57,465 bases of DNA, filler included, from Sphacelaria rigidula (GCA_964200075.2; 8 parts of 8 records of this genome joined end to end with filler, not necessarily neighbours in it), one strand, 5' to 3'. Shown: positions 12,501-25,108, counted from the first letter of the whole stretch. Numbers and translations: made by a program. Notes: generated by a model from the sequence alone, not told the origin.

Positions 12501-14011
12501 GACCGGAGAGAAATAGTGGTCTATTTCGACGTCTCCTGCTTCGCATACAAAAGTACGTGCATGACAGCTTCGCTCCACTGATTCCCACCGTGGCACAAAT
12601 ACTCGACGATCAGAACGCGGTTGTCGCTTACGCCAAAACTGACGTTGACCTATTTTATTTTGGCTTCTCCGAACTGTTTTCCCCGCCAACTCAGGTCAAG
12701 TTCCAGAACGTCCAGCACCTCCTACACGGCAAATCCACGAAGCTCGTCAATGCCGTGCCCCAACGCTGGATCTCAGCGTGTGGAGTGATGGAAACGGTAT
12801 TGGGAAATTGGACGACATCAAAGCTTCACTACATCGAGCAAGGTTGCGTTCCCGCTCGCCGCGATGAAGGCGACCATCGACCAGTTTTATTCAATCATGA
12901 AGCCCGTGCCAATTCTCAACAAAAACTGTCAACAGACGGTTGTGCCCACGGGTCTTTCAAGCGATCTGTCTCGTCGCGCTGAAGGCAAACACCTTGGATA
13001 ATCGAGCCCCTTTAGATCCACGCTCAAAGGAGGGTCACGGTAGGAAGCAGCAACGCGGCGTCTCCCTCGCAAACACGGCCCGTGATCAGTCGAGTTGCAG
13101 TCGCGCTTCAGCCCGTGTCTGCCACGATGAGAGGGACGCTGGGGGAAGTACCCGACAAGCGACTTTCCACGCCCCGGCACGTCCCGGCCCCGTTGACGCA
13201 GCTTCCGCCTGACTACGTCTTCGAGATGGCCGCCTGTATGCACCCATTCCTGGTGCGTTTGACTTTCCTGGATCAACTCTGCCCGGGAGGGGCGGATCGT
13301 GTGAAGAAGGTCATCAAGGAGGTGGTGAACCTGACGACGACGATGGCGGAGGGAGTCGCGTTGGCAGGGGAGGACGAAGGTGCTTGCTCGTCGGATGTTG
13401 CTCCACCGAGAAAGCGCAAGAAGACCGGCAGTAATACATGGTGGCCGCCATGTCTGAACAAGCGGCGGAGAAGGAGGCCCGGCACCTGCTGGACTTCGGC
13501 ATCTTCGATGATATCGAGCCGGAGCCCAATGCACCCCCGACGATGAGGGAAAGATCCGAGGAAGAATTCGACAGTGTTGTTGCCGCCGGTAAGAGGGAGA
13601 CACTGAGAACGAAGCCGGTGTCCTCGGTACAGGAGTATTGGTCGTCGGAGGGCTCACGGAAGTACCCGAATATGACACGGGCTACCAGGGCTTACTTTCT
13701 ATGAAGCTTCATCAGTCGTGCTCGAGAGAGGTTTCAGCACGGCCGGGCGGCTTATTACCGCCTCACGGAGCCGTATCGATAGCAAATACGTACAAATGAC
13801 ACTATCCCTCAACGGCAGCAGGGATGTCATACCTAAAGAGATCCCTGTATTGACTGACTGTCAGGCAAGGGATGCAATTCCTCGTCGTCTTTCTCATCTG
13901 CGTGAGGATGTCGAGTTGCTGTCGAATGAACCAGCAGAAGGGGATGAGTCGGCGGAGGAGACTGTAGATGGCCTGGATTGGTTTGACGCTTCCCCGAACT
14001 TTGCAACGTGA
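9549..14011 (+). pseudogene. Intron-containing hAT-superfamily transposase pseudogene (exons about 9549-9924, about 10398-10665, 12375-12485, 12695 to about 14011)
   Basis: HASFDLWS (first D at 9884), SGTDEGSDV (second D at 10570), WCLPH (CxxH at 10630), VPQRW, MHPF, then EYWSSEGSRKYPNMTRATRAYF and SSVVLERGFSTAGRLITASRSRIDSKYVQMTLSLN (catalytic E at 13724 plus dimerisation domain). GT donors at 9925, 10666 and 12486; AG acceptors before 12375 and 12695, in phase. Several frameshifts and stops. Confidence 0.88.
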
Positions 14012-14499
14012 AAGATTGCTACAGTTGGTAGCGTTATTTCCGTGTGCTCTTAGCGCCAAGCATCGTGGCCAAACAAAATTTGTACTTTTTTCACTCCGGT
14101 AGCGGCGGAGGGAAAAAGTGTTTGTGATTTGCGTAGATGAGAAGTTCGTTCGGTTGTGCCAGCGGTAGTACGGACGAATGTTTTCGTATTTATTCCTTCA
14201 GGGTGGGCCCTCATGCGGGGGAGTGATGCTGCGATAGGGTCTGCGCTTTTGCGGCCTTAGAGGAAATCGGGATTTAGGCATGTCGAATCAACTNNNNNNN
14301 NNNNNNNNNNNNNNNNNNNNNNNNNNNNNNNNNNNNNTTAATTAATTAANNNNNNNNNNNNNNNNNNNNNNNNNNNNNNNNNNNNNNNNNNNNGCGGGCA
14401 GAGGGGGGGCGGCCCGGGAGGTCGCCCGTCCGCTCGCCCTTCTGCCCACCCCCCCCCCCCCCCCCCACACACACACCTTGAAAACAAACCCGACCATAG

Positions 14500-14763
14500 G
14501 AGGTGTACGAGGGCGATAGCAGGGTATGGAAGGAAAATGCAGAATGGAACGGAACTGGCTGCTGCCGAAAGATGGTACCCGTCGACAGTAGCAACAGCAA
14601 CGGCGACGACAGAGGGCAGCAGGGGGGAGGGGAGCAAAGCAGCGAAATGGGGCTGAAGGCGACGAGCGGTGGGGTGCTAGAATCGATGTCGACGGCGACG
14701 GGAAGTGACGGAGAGCATGTGCACACGCACAGTGAGGGGTCTCGTTGCCATAGTGGACGATGA
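14500..14763 (+). CDS. Possible terminal exon of an unknown gene (low-complexity S/G-rich peptide); upstream exons would be off the contig
   Basis: ccatag acceptor-like site, then 87 open GC-rich codons ending in TGA. No recognisable domain. Confidence 0.35.
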   Translation, partial: EVYEGDSRVWKENAEWNGTGCCRKMVPVDSSNSNGDDRGQQGGGEQSSEMGLKATSGGVLESMSTATGSDGEHVHTHSEGSRCHSGR

Positions 14764-16444
14764 ACAGGATGATGTTGGATAGACAGGACTGCGTTTCCCT
14801 GAGAGTATGCGTTTAATTCTAAGCTAGACTCCCTGAATGTGATGCATGTGGTCCAAGCGATACTTGCAAAAGTTCCCTGCTGGTCCCGGGTGTAGGATGC
14901 TTTTGTGATGAGACACTCTTTCTATCTCAACGATGTTCAGTTTACGGTTCTGTGAAGTAATTTTTTTACACACATAGACTATCTCTTGCGTAACTGTCCC
15001 ATTGATACGGCATGTCCCTCCTAATGGTGTACAGTAGTGCAACTGTAAGCCGTCGTGGTCTTTTCATTCTCGTCGTGTAGATAGCATCTGGGGTAGTGGT
15101 TATTGCGTAGCATGTTTCTGATACTTTTGCCTCGATTTTCATCTGCATTCCCGTAGAACTAGCCCCCCCCTCCCGTCCCATATTTTGCTGATTCCGTTAC
15201 TTCGCAAAATCCCAACCTTTATGGTTCATGTAGTTCGCACCACGAAGATTCCTCTCTTAGCGTATTCTACTGTTTCGATGCCTTCTATTACTGTACAAAC
15301 GCCAAGCACAAGCGAAACTCACACACGATGGGTCCGTGATCGGTACTCCAAGGCAGCATCGCTGGCGCATTCCGCCGCGCTGCCATTTTTAATAAAAAGA
15401 TTTGCAGTTACGGACAGTCGACGCACGCCGTCAAATCACTTTTGCATGTGAAATGTTGGGAGGGATCTAGGGCTGGGAATAGAGAGTGCCGTGGTCTATG
15501 CGAAGGTTCACTTTCGAGCAGGGCATCTAGGAGCAGGGCAGCCTCTGTGGGGTAAATGGGTGTCGCTGCGCGAGTTTTGCCCTATTTTTAGGACTAGGTT
15601 TTGTGGACAGTAATACCCGCCCCTCGGCTTCAGAAAGTTTCACCCAAGTAGGTTCCATTCCCGTTAAGACAAAGAGTAGCTTTGAAATCGATAATGTACA
15701 GTACAGTACCACGAAGATGTCCATGGATGAAAGAGAGCCCCAGCACAGCTGTGCAGGTGCTTTTGATGCGTTTCCACGTAGAGTTCTCAAGGAGCGAGGT
15801 CTTGCTTTGACGGTGCACAGGTTCAACGTGGCTGTGATCTGTGGAGGAGGATTGAGGATTCCGGTAGCGGTACAGTGGGCCGAAAGCTCGCAGCGTAGAA
15901 GAGGTTACTAGAAAAGGTTTCACCCCCGAACCGAAGACCTACTACGCCAGTGTGTAACGCCATATACACGTGGCAGCACGCCAGCCGAATGAACAAAAGC
16001 GACGGTCTTGGGAAAAAAGTAAGGGAATAGAAGTATCGGGTCGTTCCAGCCCGCCTGTCAACATATCTTGGAGTGATCTCGCACAAGCCAACACACCGAA
16101 TCGCAGTACTGACTGCCCTGCGTGTAGATCGAAATGATGAAAGCGGAGCACACCAAGTAGCTAGGAACTCCCACGCTTCGAATCGTTTTCGCCAACGTCG
16201 CCCGTGTGAGACGCTTCATGCAGTCTGAAACGAGCCACCATGCGCTGTGTGATCACCTTCTTGGTGAGAGGTTTGGGGCTGGTTTGGGGGAGTGGGGGGG
16301 GGGGGGGGGGTTTCAACATCGCTGCACCACTCGTGGAAAAAAGATCAAGGATAGGTTATACCGGGAGGCCTGNNNNNNNNNNCGTGCGGTGGGGGGGGTC
16401 TTTCGTGGGGGTTGACGGGGGCCCGGTGTGGGGGGGTTGGTCTT

Positions 16445-16498
<54 letters not shown>

Positions 16499-16685
16499 CT
16501 ACAACATCGCTGCATCACTCTTGGAAAAAATATCAAGCATAGTTTATACCGTGATGACTGAACGGAACCCTTGGGCTGCGAATGGTGTGGGATCTATGGC
16601 AGCGTCATGCGTACAAAAAAGCAAGCAATACGTTTTTACACTACCACGCAAGGACTCAAATGCGCACAACTCCGTGGTCGAAGGA

Positions 16686-19600
16686 TCAACCATCGCTCAA
16701 CAGAATCTCAACGGGAACAAGTTTTCCGGCCCAGACACCCTCATGTCTACCCCGATCTCTCCCGTCCCCACCAGTTCCACATCTCCCTCGGGATGCTGTT
16801 CTCGTTATTTCCACCGTGCGATGCCGTCGTTGAGCCCCCGCCCCGACCTCGGCGATAGGTGCCGCCGCCTCTTGGTCTTCTCCGGTGTCACCACCCTGCG
16901 AACATAGCCCGTGAACAAGGCATAGGGCGTGCAAAACGCGCCGGTAAAAAGGGTTTGGGATGGGCAGTATCAGGCGATCTGGCCCGGCCCGCGCAAGATG
17001 TAGTGGCTCCACAAGCCCCACAAGGGAAGGGTGCGGTTTACCCGTCTCTAGCGCATCCCACACGTTCTCTCCGGCGGCGCCGTCTCGGTCTTCTTTGGAT
17101 TGATGGTGTACGCCCATTTCTCCCGGGAGGACGCCTTCAACTGCTCCGCGATAATATTCATGATGGACCCCGTTGTCGACGCTCTGCCTTGCGCGTTTGT
17201 CGGGAGAAGCAAACGTGCTTACACCCGGACGGTTCGCGGAGCTCACGGATTCCGCGGGCAGCTGCTCTGGCTGGTACCGGGCTTGTGGAGTGCAGTTTGG
17301 GTCGGCGGTGGTGTTCATGTTGTCTACGGTGGGGGTGAAGGTGGAGGGGCGCACAGGCCGTTGAACGAAACCATCCAACAGATTCTCGAGGACTTTGACA
17401 TATCCATGGTGTCCAAGCCGAGCAAGGAGGCGCCGCTTCTCTCTCGGCATCTTGTTGATCAGCCCGGCATAGTGAGGCGGTGCGGTAACTGTGCTCGGAA
17501 AACTAGAATCTTGTTGTTTGGACCGTTTGCGTTTCCTTCTGGGTCGGTGAGGTCTGCTGAGATCGTCGATGTCGTTCTCCTCGTCGCACAGCACGCGATC
17601 ATCGGCAGAGCAACAGTCGTCGCTGTCTTCCCCATTCGAGCGTTTTCGGCCCTTCCCGCCTGCTTGATACCTGTCCGAACGGCCGGCGTCACACGTCCTC
17701 TTCTTTGTTGAATTGTGCCACGGTCGACTGGTGGCCAGCGACGGCGGGAAGAACATATTAGCCGCCTTATCGCTGGCCTTTGGGAGATCATATCCAGGCC
17801 AAGAGTTTAGGCAAAACTGCGCTTCTGCCGCCGCTGCTGTCCACGATATCTGTGGGGTTGACGGTCCGCTTGCCACGCGTTTTCTCCTCGGCCTGCGTGA
17901 TTCCGGTTTTGCTTCAGTCAGGCAGCCTCTTCTCGATAGCATTATTTCCGCCGGGAAAGAGGTGGGTCCAGCTGCTCGCTCCCCGGCTCGCTGAAGAAGA
18001 AGCGCAGCGACCCTCGTACTAACCGCCGAACCGTCCCCTTGCAGCAACGCGGCACTGCCGACCGCAACCCGCAGCCAGTTCGGGGATGAGAGCACGGCGC
18101 CTGCACCAGCTCCTCCGCACCGCTCATCAAGGAGGATGTTCCCGTCGCCCCGTAGGTGCGACGCCACTGCGTCAAGGTTGTCGCTACACATTACTCTCTG
18201 ACGTCGCATGGTCAGCTGCCGGGGCCCTTGTTTACTGTCGTCGCCGTCACCATCAACAGATGGCGGATCGGAGCAAAACAAGAACACACTGACACGAAAT
18301 CGTAACAGCGCCGAGCCGTACAGTCGCAACACACTCTCCCTCCCAGCGGTTGAATTTTCTACGTCAGGAGTTGTTCGCTCGTCGTCTGAAGAGTGATTGC
18401 TTCCGCACCGTGTCTGCGGTTGACTGGAGGATGGCACGGTCGGCACGACAGAAACACTGCTGGAGTCCTGCTCAAAGTTCACGTTTAGCTGGCCTTCCTC
18501 GAGAGCTGGTTCCTTCGCATCAAACGTGGTCTTGTCCGCGTCGGAAATGATGGCAGGCGCAGTAGACGCAGCACAGCCACCAGAAGAATCGCGACATGTT
18601 TGCTCGACCACATGGGTTGCAGTATCTCCAGTCCAGGGGTGCTCAAATTCAAAGGGGTGTGGTCGTTTGCCGCCGACAACGCCGTGCTCGTCATCACTCT
18701 GTTCGTAATCGTCATCTTCACTTCCACCGAGGGCGTCGAACTGGTTTCGGAAAGGCGCGGATGCATGATCGCTTCCACTTTGCGATGTGCCCAACTTCCC
18801 CGAAGTAACAAACTCGGTGAGAGTTTCCGTACTCAGCATCGCGGAGAGCAGGCGGTCCACGAGCACAGCCCTAAAAAGAAAGTTGAGCGAAGAAAGAAGC
18901 AAGCAAAAGCGCGCTGCTGGAGGTTGCCGCAGGAAAACCGCAAAAAGTGATACCACAATGAGCGCCTCCATAAGGCTCGATACGATAGTTGGTGGGTCCT
19001 CATCGGAACCTCGCATGCGTATGGGGGTTCTGGGGCTTCTGGTCCCTGTATCCAACACTCGACCAAATTCGCGATTATCGCGTGTGGGGAGTACTCTGTT
19101 ATCAACATGAAGGCCACACCCAATTCCATATGAAACACCAGCGTACGAGGCAAAATCGATGTAATGAAGAACGAATCTCCAAGATTGAGGTTGGGGTGAA
19201 ATACCCGCCTAGTCTCCTCATCCAAAATCACGTTAGGTCTCAACATACAGGAAGGAGCAAGCTGTTCTCACCGGTGCCCGCCCGCGAATCGCTGACACAT
19301 CTCGACCCGGGGACCCTCCCTGCGCCTCCCGCGGCGCTCACCGCCCCCCCCGTCCCCAACCCTTCGCGACATAGAAGCCTCAAACGCCTCGCCAATTGTA
19401 GACTCCACGATATCCGACCTGCACTTCTGCCTCCTCTTATGCCTAGGGCTACTCCCACCCGTCTTCGACGCCCCTCCGACCAGCGCGATGAGAAAATCGT
19501 CTTCGCAGCCTAACCCTAGGGATGCTACAAGCCCACCTAGCTCAGTGGTGTAGACCTGTGATCGGCGAGGTCACGGCAAAAGCACACAAGAGTTTCCATG

Positions 19601-20005
19601 AAGATAGTATCGCAAACTGCATGAATATCCCCTGAGAAAAATGCACGCCACAGGCGGGTTAGGCAGGTCTTATGGGGGGTCAAATTGCTTTGATATTGCC
19701 CCTTGTCCTACGCGGTAACGCAATCGGTGCTTCCCTTTCCCCCGTCCCTACTATTCTAGCGTTCCACACCACCACAGAATATGACGGTCGGAGAGGTATT
19801 GCCTGACAGTACAGTTGCCTGATGAGACCCATTCGCGTACCTCGCTTAGGTTGGCGTTACTGACCACAATACCAAGCGCCTCGCCGAAGCGCTGCGAGAG
19901 GGGGCGTAAGCCGGCGGGAATTTTGAAATCTTCCACGCCAAGATCTTGTCGCTCCAGGGCCGCCAAGGCTGCTCGGGCCATGAGGCGCGCCACGACCTCC
20001 TGCAT
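16686..20005 (-). CDS. Four-exon gene, complement(join(16686..18870,18954..19095,19272..19509,19841..20005)), about 909 aa, largely disordered with a C-terminal R3H-type domain (R3HDM4-like)
   Basis: A 2.2-kb open terminal exon plus three GT-AG introns (83, 176, 331 nt) whose phases all join in frame. C-terminal IPNPFYRRVLHALCLVHGLCSQ carries the RxxxH motif, and INKMPREKRRLLARL...VLENLL resembles the R3H-associated helix. The true start may be further upstream. Confidence 0.75.
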
Positions 20006-20235
20006 CACCGCATCGCCTAGCCTAGGGACAGAACCACAGCCACAACGGAGCACCCGCCACGGGAATCATCAAAAGCGCTGCTCACAGCAGAGGAATACAA
20101 AAGTGTGCAAGACCCGCCTAGTGATGCGGGAGCGAACGCGCGTTTTAAATTTTGAAAAAAAGCAAGTGGACGTACGTGAAACCGGCGCATCGCAACTTGG
20201 GGCAGGCGATGAAAAAACTCCAGAAAAGTGTTGGA

Positions 20236-20370
20236 TATGTATCGAAAGTTTCGATATATTGTTTCCGAATATCGCTTTCGTTATCGTATCGAAAACAGTT
20301 CGATAAAATGATGACGATAGCGATAACCGTAAGTTTAAGTTTAATACGATACGATACGATACGATACGAT
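20236..20370. repeat. TATCGA/(ACGAT)n-rich short repetitive segment
   Basis: Multiple tatcga/tcgata words followed by a pentamer run (tacga)n at about 20345-20370. Confidence 0.6.
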
Positions 20371-20421
20371 GAATGCTGTATTCACCTGGATAGTGAGAAA
20401 TAATCTAACATACAGCTGGTA

Positions 20422-20713
20422 GCCGGTCGCCCCGATAGATCAGTTGGTAACCTCGGGACACTCTGACAGTTGGGTCGTGAGTTCAATTCTCGGAGCGGTC
20501 TGGGTTTTTTTCTCACACCGTTCCCAACAGTGAAGAGCGACTATGTCGTCGGCACACAAAATTCGACTTAACGATCGACGAGGGAAAGGGACTGCTGGAC
20601 CCCTCTCGCGATAAAAAATAAAGGCAAGCATCGCAGAAGGAAGGTGGGGTACTAAAAACAAAGAAAGAAAAAAAAACTCCTGTGTGACCGGCGTCACACA
20701 CACACACACACAC
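20422..20713 (+). mobile_element. tRNA-derived SINE, internally deleted copy with (CA)n tail and 10-bp TSD
   Basis: A-box-like tagatcagttgg and B-box-like gagttcaattc; body shared with the 27304 copy; TSD acagctggta at 20412-20421 and 20714-20723. Confidence 0.88.
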
Positions 20714-21589
20714 ACAGCTGGTAAGGTTTGATTGTTGGGCTCTCAACCATTCTGCTTTTCGTTTTGGCGTGTTCTGCTCCCAACTTCGGGCGAGCATATG
20801 TTTCAAAGAGGCATTTCTGCTCCTCGGTTACGCTACTTTCGGGCAAAAATATCCGTACCTCTGCCCGTTAATGTGTGCCAATTATGCCTTTTTTTTCTTC
20901 CTTCTCGACTTTTTTTTCTTCATGAGCGTTTTTTTTTGTGCGCTCATTTTGATTCTGATGTCTCCGCGTTTGCGTAGTGTATGTTCAAAACAGTCTATTT
21001 CAAGTTAACCCTTTTGGGACCGACCCCCCACAAACACAGGGTTGACCCTGTGTTGGTGACATCATTAAAAATAAGTCTTCGAGCGACCAGCCCAATCATG
21101 GCGAGGCGAAATTCATCGACCAGACCCGAAAGACCAGCGCGAGGCTTGTTGGCGAGTGTGATGCCACTGCAAAGATCGTGTGGGGGCACCATCCCTGGCC
21201 CGAATAAGCCTTCCCAGCTTTCCAGGTGCAGGGCGGTCGAAATTGGGCCATATTATAGTACTTGCACTCAGTGTAGCGTTCCCGAGTTTTCCGGTGTTTT
21301 TTTGGGGTCACAATTTCACACGAAAACGTAGTAATTACACTAACACAGGGTCGACCGGAAAAACCGGGAAGGAGTGTACATGCTACACTGTGGTCATTTT
21401 CACCAGGCACTAAACCCAGGTGGGCCGTGAAAAGACAAAAGGAACTACCGCAATGAATTCTGCTTATCCCTCTGCCGATGACTTGCAGTNNNNNNNNNNN
21501 NNNNNNNNNNNNNNNNNNNNNNNNNNNNNNNNNTTAATTAATTAANNNNNNNNNNNNNNNNNNNNNNNNNNNNNNNNNNNNNNNNNNNN

Positions 21590-21644
<55 letters not shown>
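21590..21644 (+). repeat. (CA)n microsatellite at contig start
   Basis: Perfect dinucleotide run. Confidence 0.95.
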
Positions 21645-21647
<3 letters not shown>

Positions 21648-23258
21648 GGATACCGCCGTAGAGATGGCAACGTAACCAGCCGCTTCATACTTATTTATTT
21701 GCTCTTGGAGTGTTGAAAACATCCCTACAACCCTTTACCGAAACCATGTCGATGTCGAGCCTGACAAGGTGAGAAATAGCCCCTGATACTGCTGTGATCA
21801 CCGGGTGACAAGGGTACGGAAGATCGCCCATATGAGCGCCGGCCACCTGGAACCTGGGGAACGGACCACATGAACCTGAAAATTCAAAATTTCATTCAAA
21901 AATTTAAACCTACCAAAAATGTGCGGAATTTTTTTGTCCAGCATCATTCAACCTTCAAACAGTCAGTATCACATATCTACAGATATCAACAGTTTATGAA
22001 GGGCCAACAGGCCATGCGAGCAACCGTGAAGCACAAGGTGCATCACACGGACAAATAGGCTACTGTAGGCAAGACCGCCAGAGATCCGAGGCAAGCTCAA
22101 CAAAATGACAGCGCTGGATAGTCGTGGTGCTGATGGCGGTGGTGGTGGCGGTGGTGGTGGTGTGAGAGACAACGGGCCCCTCGTCCTGTCGCAGCACGAT
22201 GACCGCGTGTACCGGCATATCACGATGCCGAACCAAATGCAGGCGAGTCAAGGAAAGCACAACACGTGCAGTCAGCTGAAGTGTAGAAACGTAGTTCGCT
22301 GCCGATAGTTTTGATTACAACGACGTGTCGCATCGTGGGCCGAACATTCCTCGTGCAACCGATATGTATCTGCTGCTTATTTCTCATCGGCTGTAATAAT
22401 CCGAATCGCATGTTGTGTCGTTTGCTCCGCGAAGTGTGCCACTAAACACTAAACGTCTCGACAGAGTCACATATATACTCGTAGTCAGTTAACAACATGT
22501 AACCATGCACCAATGCAGTCGCACACACCTTGCTACTGTCTGTATCCCACACCCACGTTGCCTTACTTGTGAAAATGGCCAATTTGGCACCCGTGCGGTC
22601 GTGCACCACGTCTTGATTGCGAGTAGATCCATCCAGCAATGTCCTCCACATGGACTTGTGGCTGTGTAACAGATTGTGGGGGTGCATGGATTCTACTGGC
22701 GTTGACGCAAAGTCGCTTCACACGGCACTCTGTTTCAGACAAAATCTTGGGCGACTGAACAGCACAAACAGTAAGGCTCAACGACGGTACGGTGTCAACT
22801 GCATCTTGAGCAACATGCGCGCGTGAGCGCTATCAACTTCATTGCGAGGAGCAATGTCGCGCTTTCATGGTCTGGCGTGATCGACTGTGCGCGTTTTTTT
22901 TTACACTTTGGCCTTCACGGTGGGCGATCTGGGTGTCAAAATCATTCTCAAGCGAAAAATCATACCGATTGACCGCCTCGTGGTGAAAAAAAGTGAGATC
23001 ACTAATCGATTGGACAAGCCACACAGTTAGTTACTCCACAGTCGTACCAACGCAGAGGGTATGACTTGGTCTATGTCGTACCCTTTTGAGTCCCAGCATT
23101 GGAGGACCCGACAAAAAAAGACAACAGTGATGGCGATGGCGATGCCATCACTGCTGCTTCACCAGTGGGAAGCAGAGACGAAGGCACTCATCTGTTCATG
23201 TGTGGGGTTGCCTCTTGGAATAACAGTAGCCGTTCAAACAACCGCAAAGCACTGCATA

Positions 23259-23514
23259 TGACACTTTCTACGATAGCCCCCCCCCCCAAAACCAGCCAAA
23301 AGTGTCACGAAAAAAATGAGCATACAGCGCCTGATGCTTGGGTTCAGGCTGCATGAAGCGCCTCATCATATTGGCAATACTGGCTAGAACGAACCCGGTC
23401 GTGAGAATTCCCAGCTGCTTGTTGTGCTCGGCTTTTCTCATTTCGATTCACGTGAAGATTTTGCCTCCCAAAACCATGCACTTTTGGGGGGGAGGGCTAT
23501 CGTAGAAAGTGTCA
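23259..23514. mobile_element. Tc1/mariner-type MITE (256 bp) with perfect TIRs and TA target duplication
   Basis: atatgacactttctacgatagccc (23256-23279) is the exact reverse complement of 23494-23517. TA at 23257-58 and 23515-16. Confidence 0.85.
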
Positions 23515-24848
23515 TATAGCATGCCTGTCACACATGCAACCGCCTTTGACCCGCCTTTTCCGTTGTTATTCAAGCACCCAGGTGTACCACAATCGGTTGG
23601 ATCCGGAATAATGACATCATCCATGGTTACTTACCTGAATATGCGTCAGACTTGGAGCGTAATATTCGCTGCGTACAAAATAATATACGCCTAGATCATC
23701 TAGCTGAAGATATCACCATCTCAATTAACTGCTTTATATATCGGCTCCTTGTGAAGTGAGCACGAAAGGTGCATACTATAAATTCCCAACTACTGGGTGT
23801 CAGTACAGAGAAGCGTAGAGAGCTCGGGAATGCTTTGTCTAACCATTAACCAGTTGCATGGTTACGCGTAGCGCACTCATTAACCAGTTGAATGGTACAT
23901 ATTGGTTTTGATCATCGAGCGGTGCAGCCGCGAGCCAAGAAGCCGCCCCAGGCAGAAGGGGCCCCGCTGGAGGCGCCGTGCCGGAGGCACGTTTTGACGC
24001 GATTGAGCTTCACCGGAGCTAAAGAATACGTTAATTTTGAACCGATTTTCAAGGGCTGTATGTAGCATACGTAGCCGGTAACGGTAAATAATGGTTTGAA
24101 ACCATTATCCAAATGTTTCATATAACCATTATTAGTAGTGCCATTATAATGATAATGGCCAGTTATAACTTGTACCATTTCCGAGCTCTAGAGAAGCGAC
24201 TTTTCCAGCACGGTTAGCGTTAAGTAAACTCGCTTTGTTGCGTAGGTTTTTCAGTAACGACAGGTGACGACGCAGACCTTTGAACAAATAATTGTTCTCT
24301 CGACTAACCCAAGGCACGTACATTTTGAGGCATTATTTTGCCAGCTTCCGAGGGACTTCCCGCCAGGTTCGACCCCCGGAAGCCGGTAAAAAGTAGAAGA
24401 TCCTCGAAAATTTGTCCAAAAACCTTGCAACAACATTTATTCTTGTGTGGAGCACGAACACTTACCGAACTACCCATTTTGAGGGCGGTCCGGGCGCGTT
24501 TCTACAACAGATATTATAGTATGGGATATAAGAAGGCCCTGTGAGCCTTGTGCGTATCGTCGCTGGATATCCGAAGACGAGCCAAAACCCCACAGCACCA
24601 AAATAAGTACCACGGTTTGGGATATATATGTAGTAATTCGATTCCGTACTAGTAACCGATTTCATTTTTCACGTCTATATTCCCAAGCCGTGTCTTAGCG
24701 CATTATTTTTCGATCAAAAATGGCCGATGAGAACATTTCGGATCGAAACACCGTGAACCAGCCAGCCTGAAAAACAAACCGAAAATAAATGCCCACGCAA
24801 CTCCAAAAACTTTCACTTGATATTTTTAAACACAAAATACCCGCTCGC

Positions 24849-25108
24849 TGTGTGTGTTGTCTGTGTGTGTGTGTTGTCATCCCATCCATTATTGTGGACA
24901 CCAGTCTACACCCTTCGGTATACCTATGGGCGGATCAGCCGGCGTCACACAGGAGGAATGCCAGCACGGGAGTTTTTACTTGTTTTATTTTGTTTTAGCC
25001 CTCTACCTTCACTCTGCGGTGCTTGCCTTATTTTTTATGGCGAGAGGGGTCCAGCGATCCGTTCCCCTCGTCGACCGTGAAGTCTAATTGAGTGTACCCA
25101 CGACATAA
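24849..25108 (-). mobile_element. 5'-truncated copy of the (CA)n-tailed SINE
   Basis: Reverse complement matches the 3' part of the 27304-27718 copy (gtcgacgagggg aa..., ctcctgtgtgac, atgggatgacaacacac). Confidence 0.85.

Noticed and set aside
16280..16555. Tandem duplication with long poly-G, and the Gly/Pro-rich ORFs it creates
   Set aside because: The two copies flank an N gap and follow poly-G, so this is most likely a low-quality read or scaffolding artefact; the ORFs are homopolymer translations.
17100..17711. 203-aa and other plus-strand ORFs overlapping the R3H-type gene
   Set aside because: Antisense shadows of a GC-rich coding exon.
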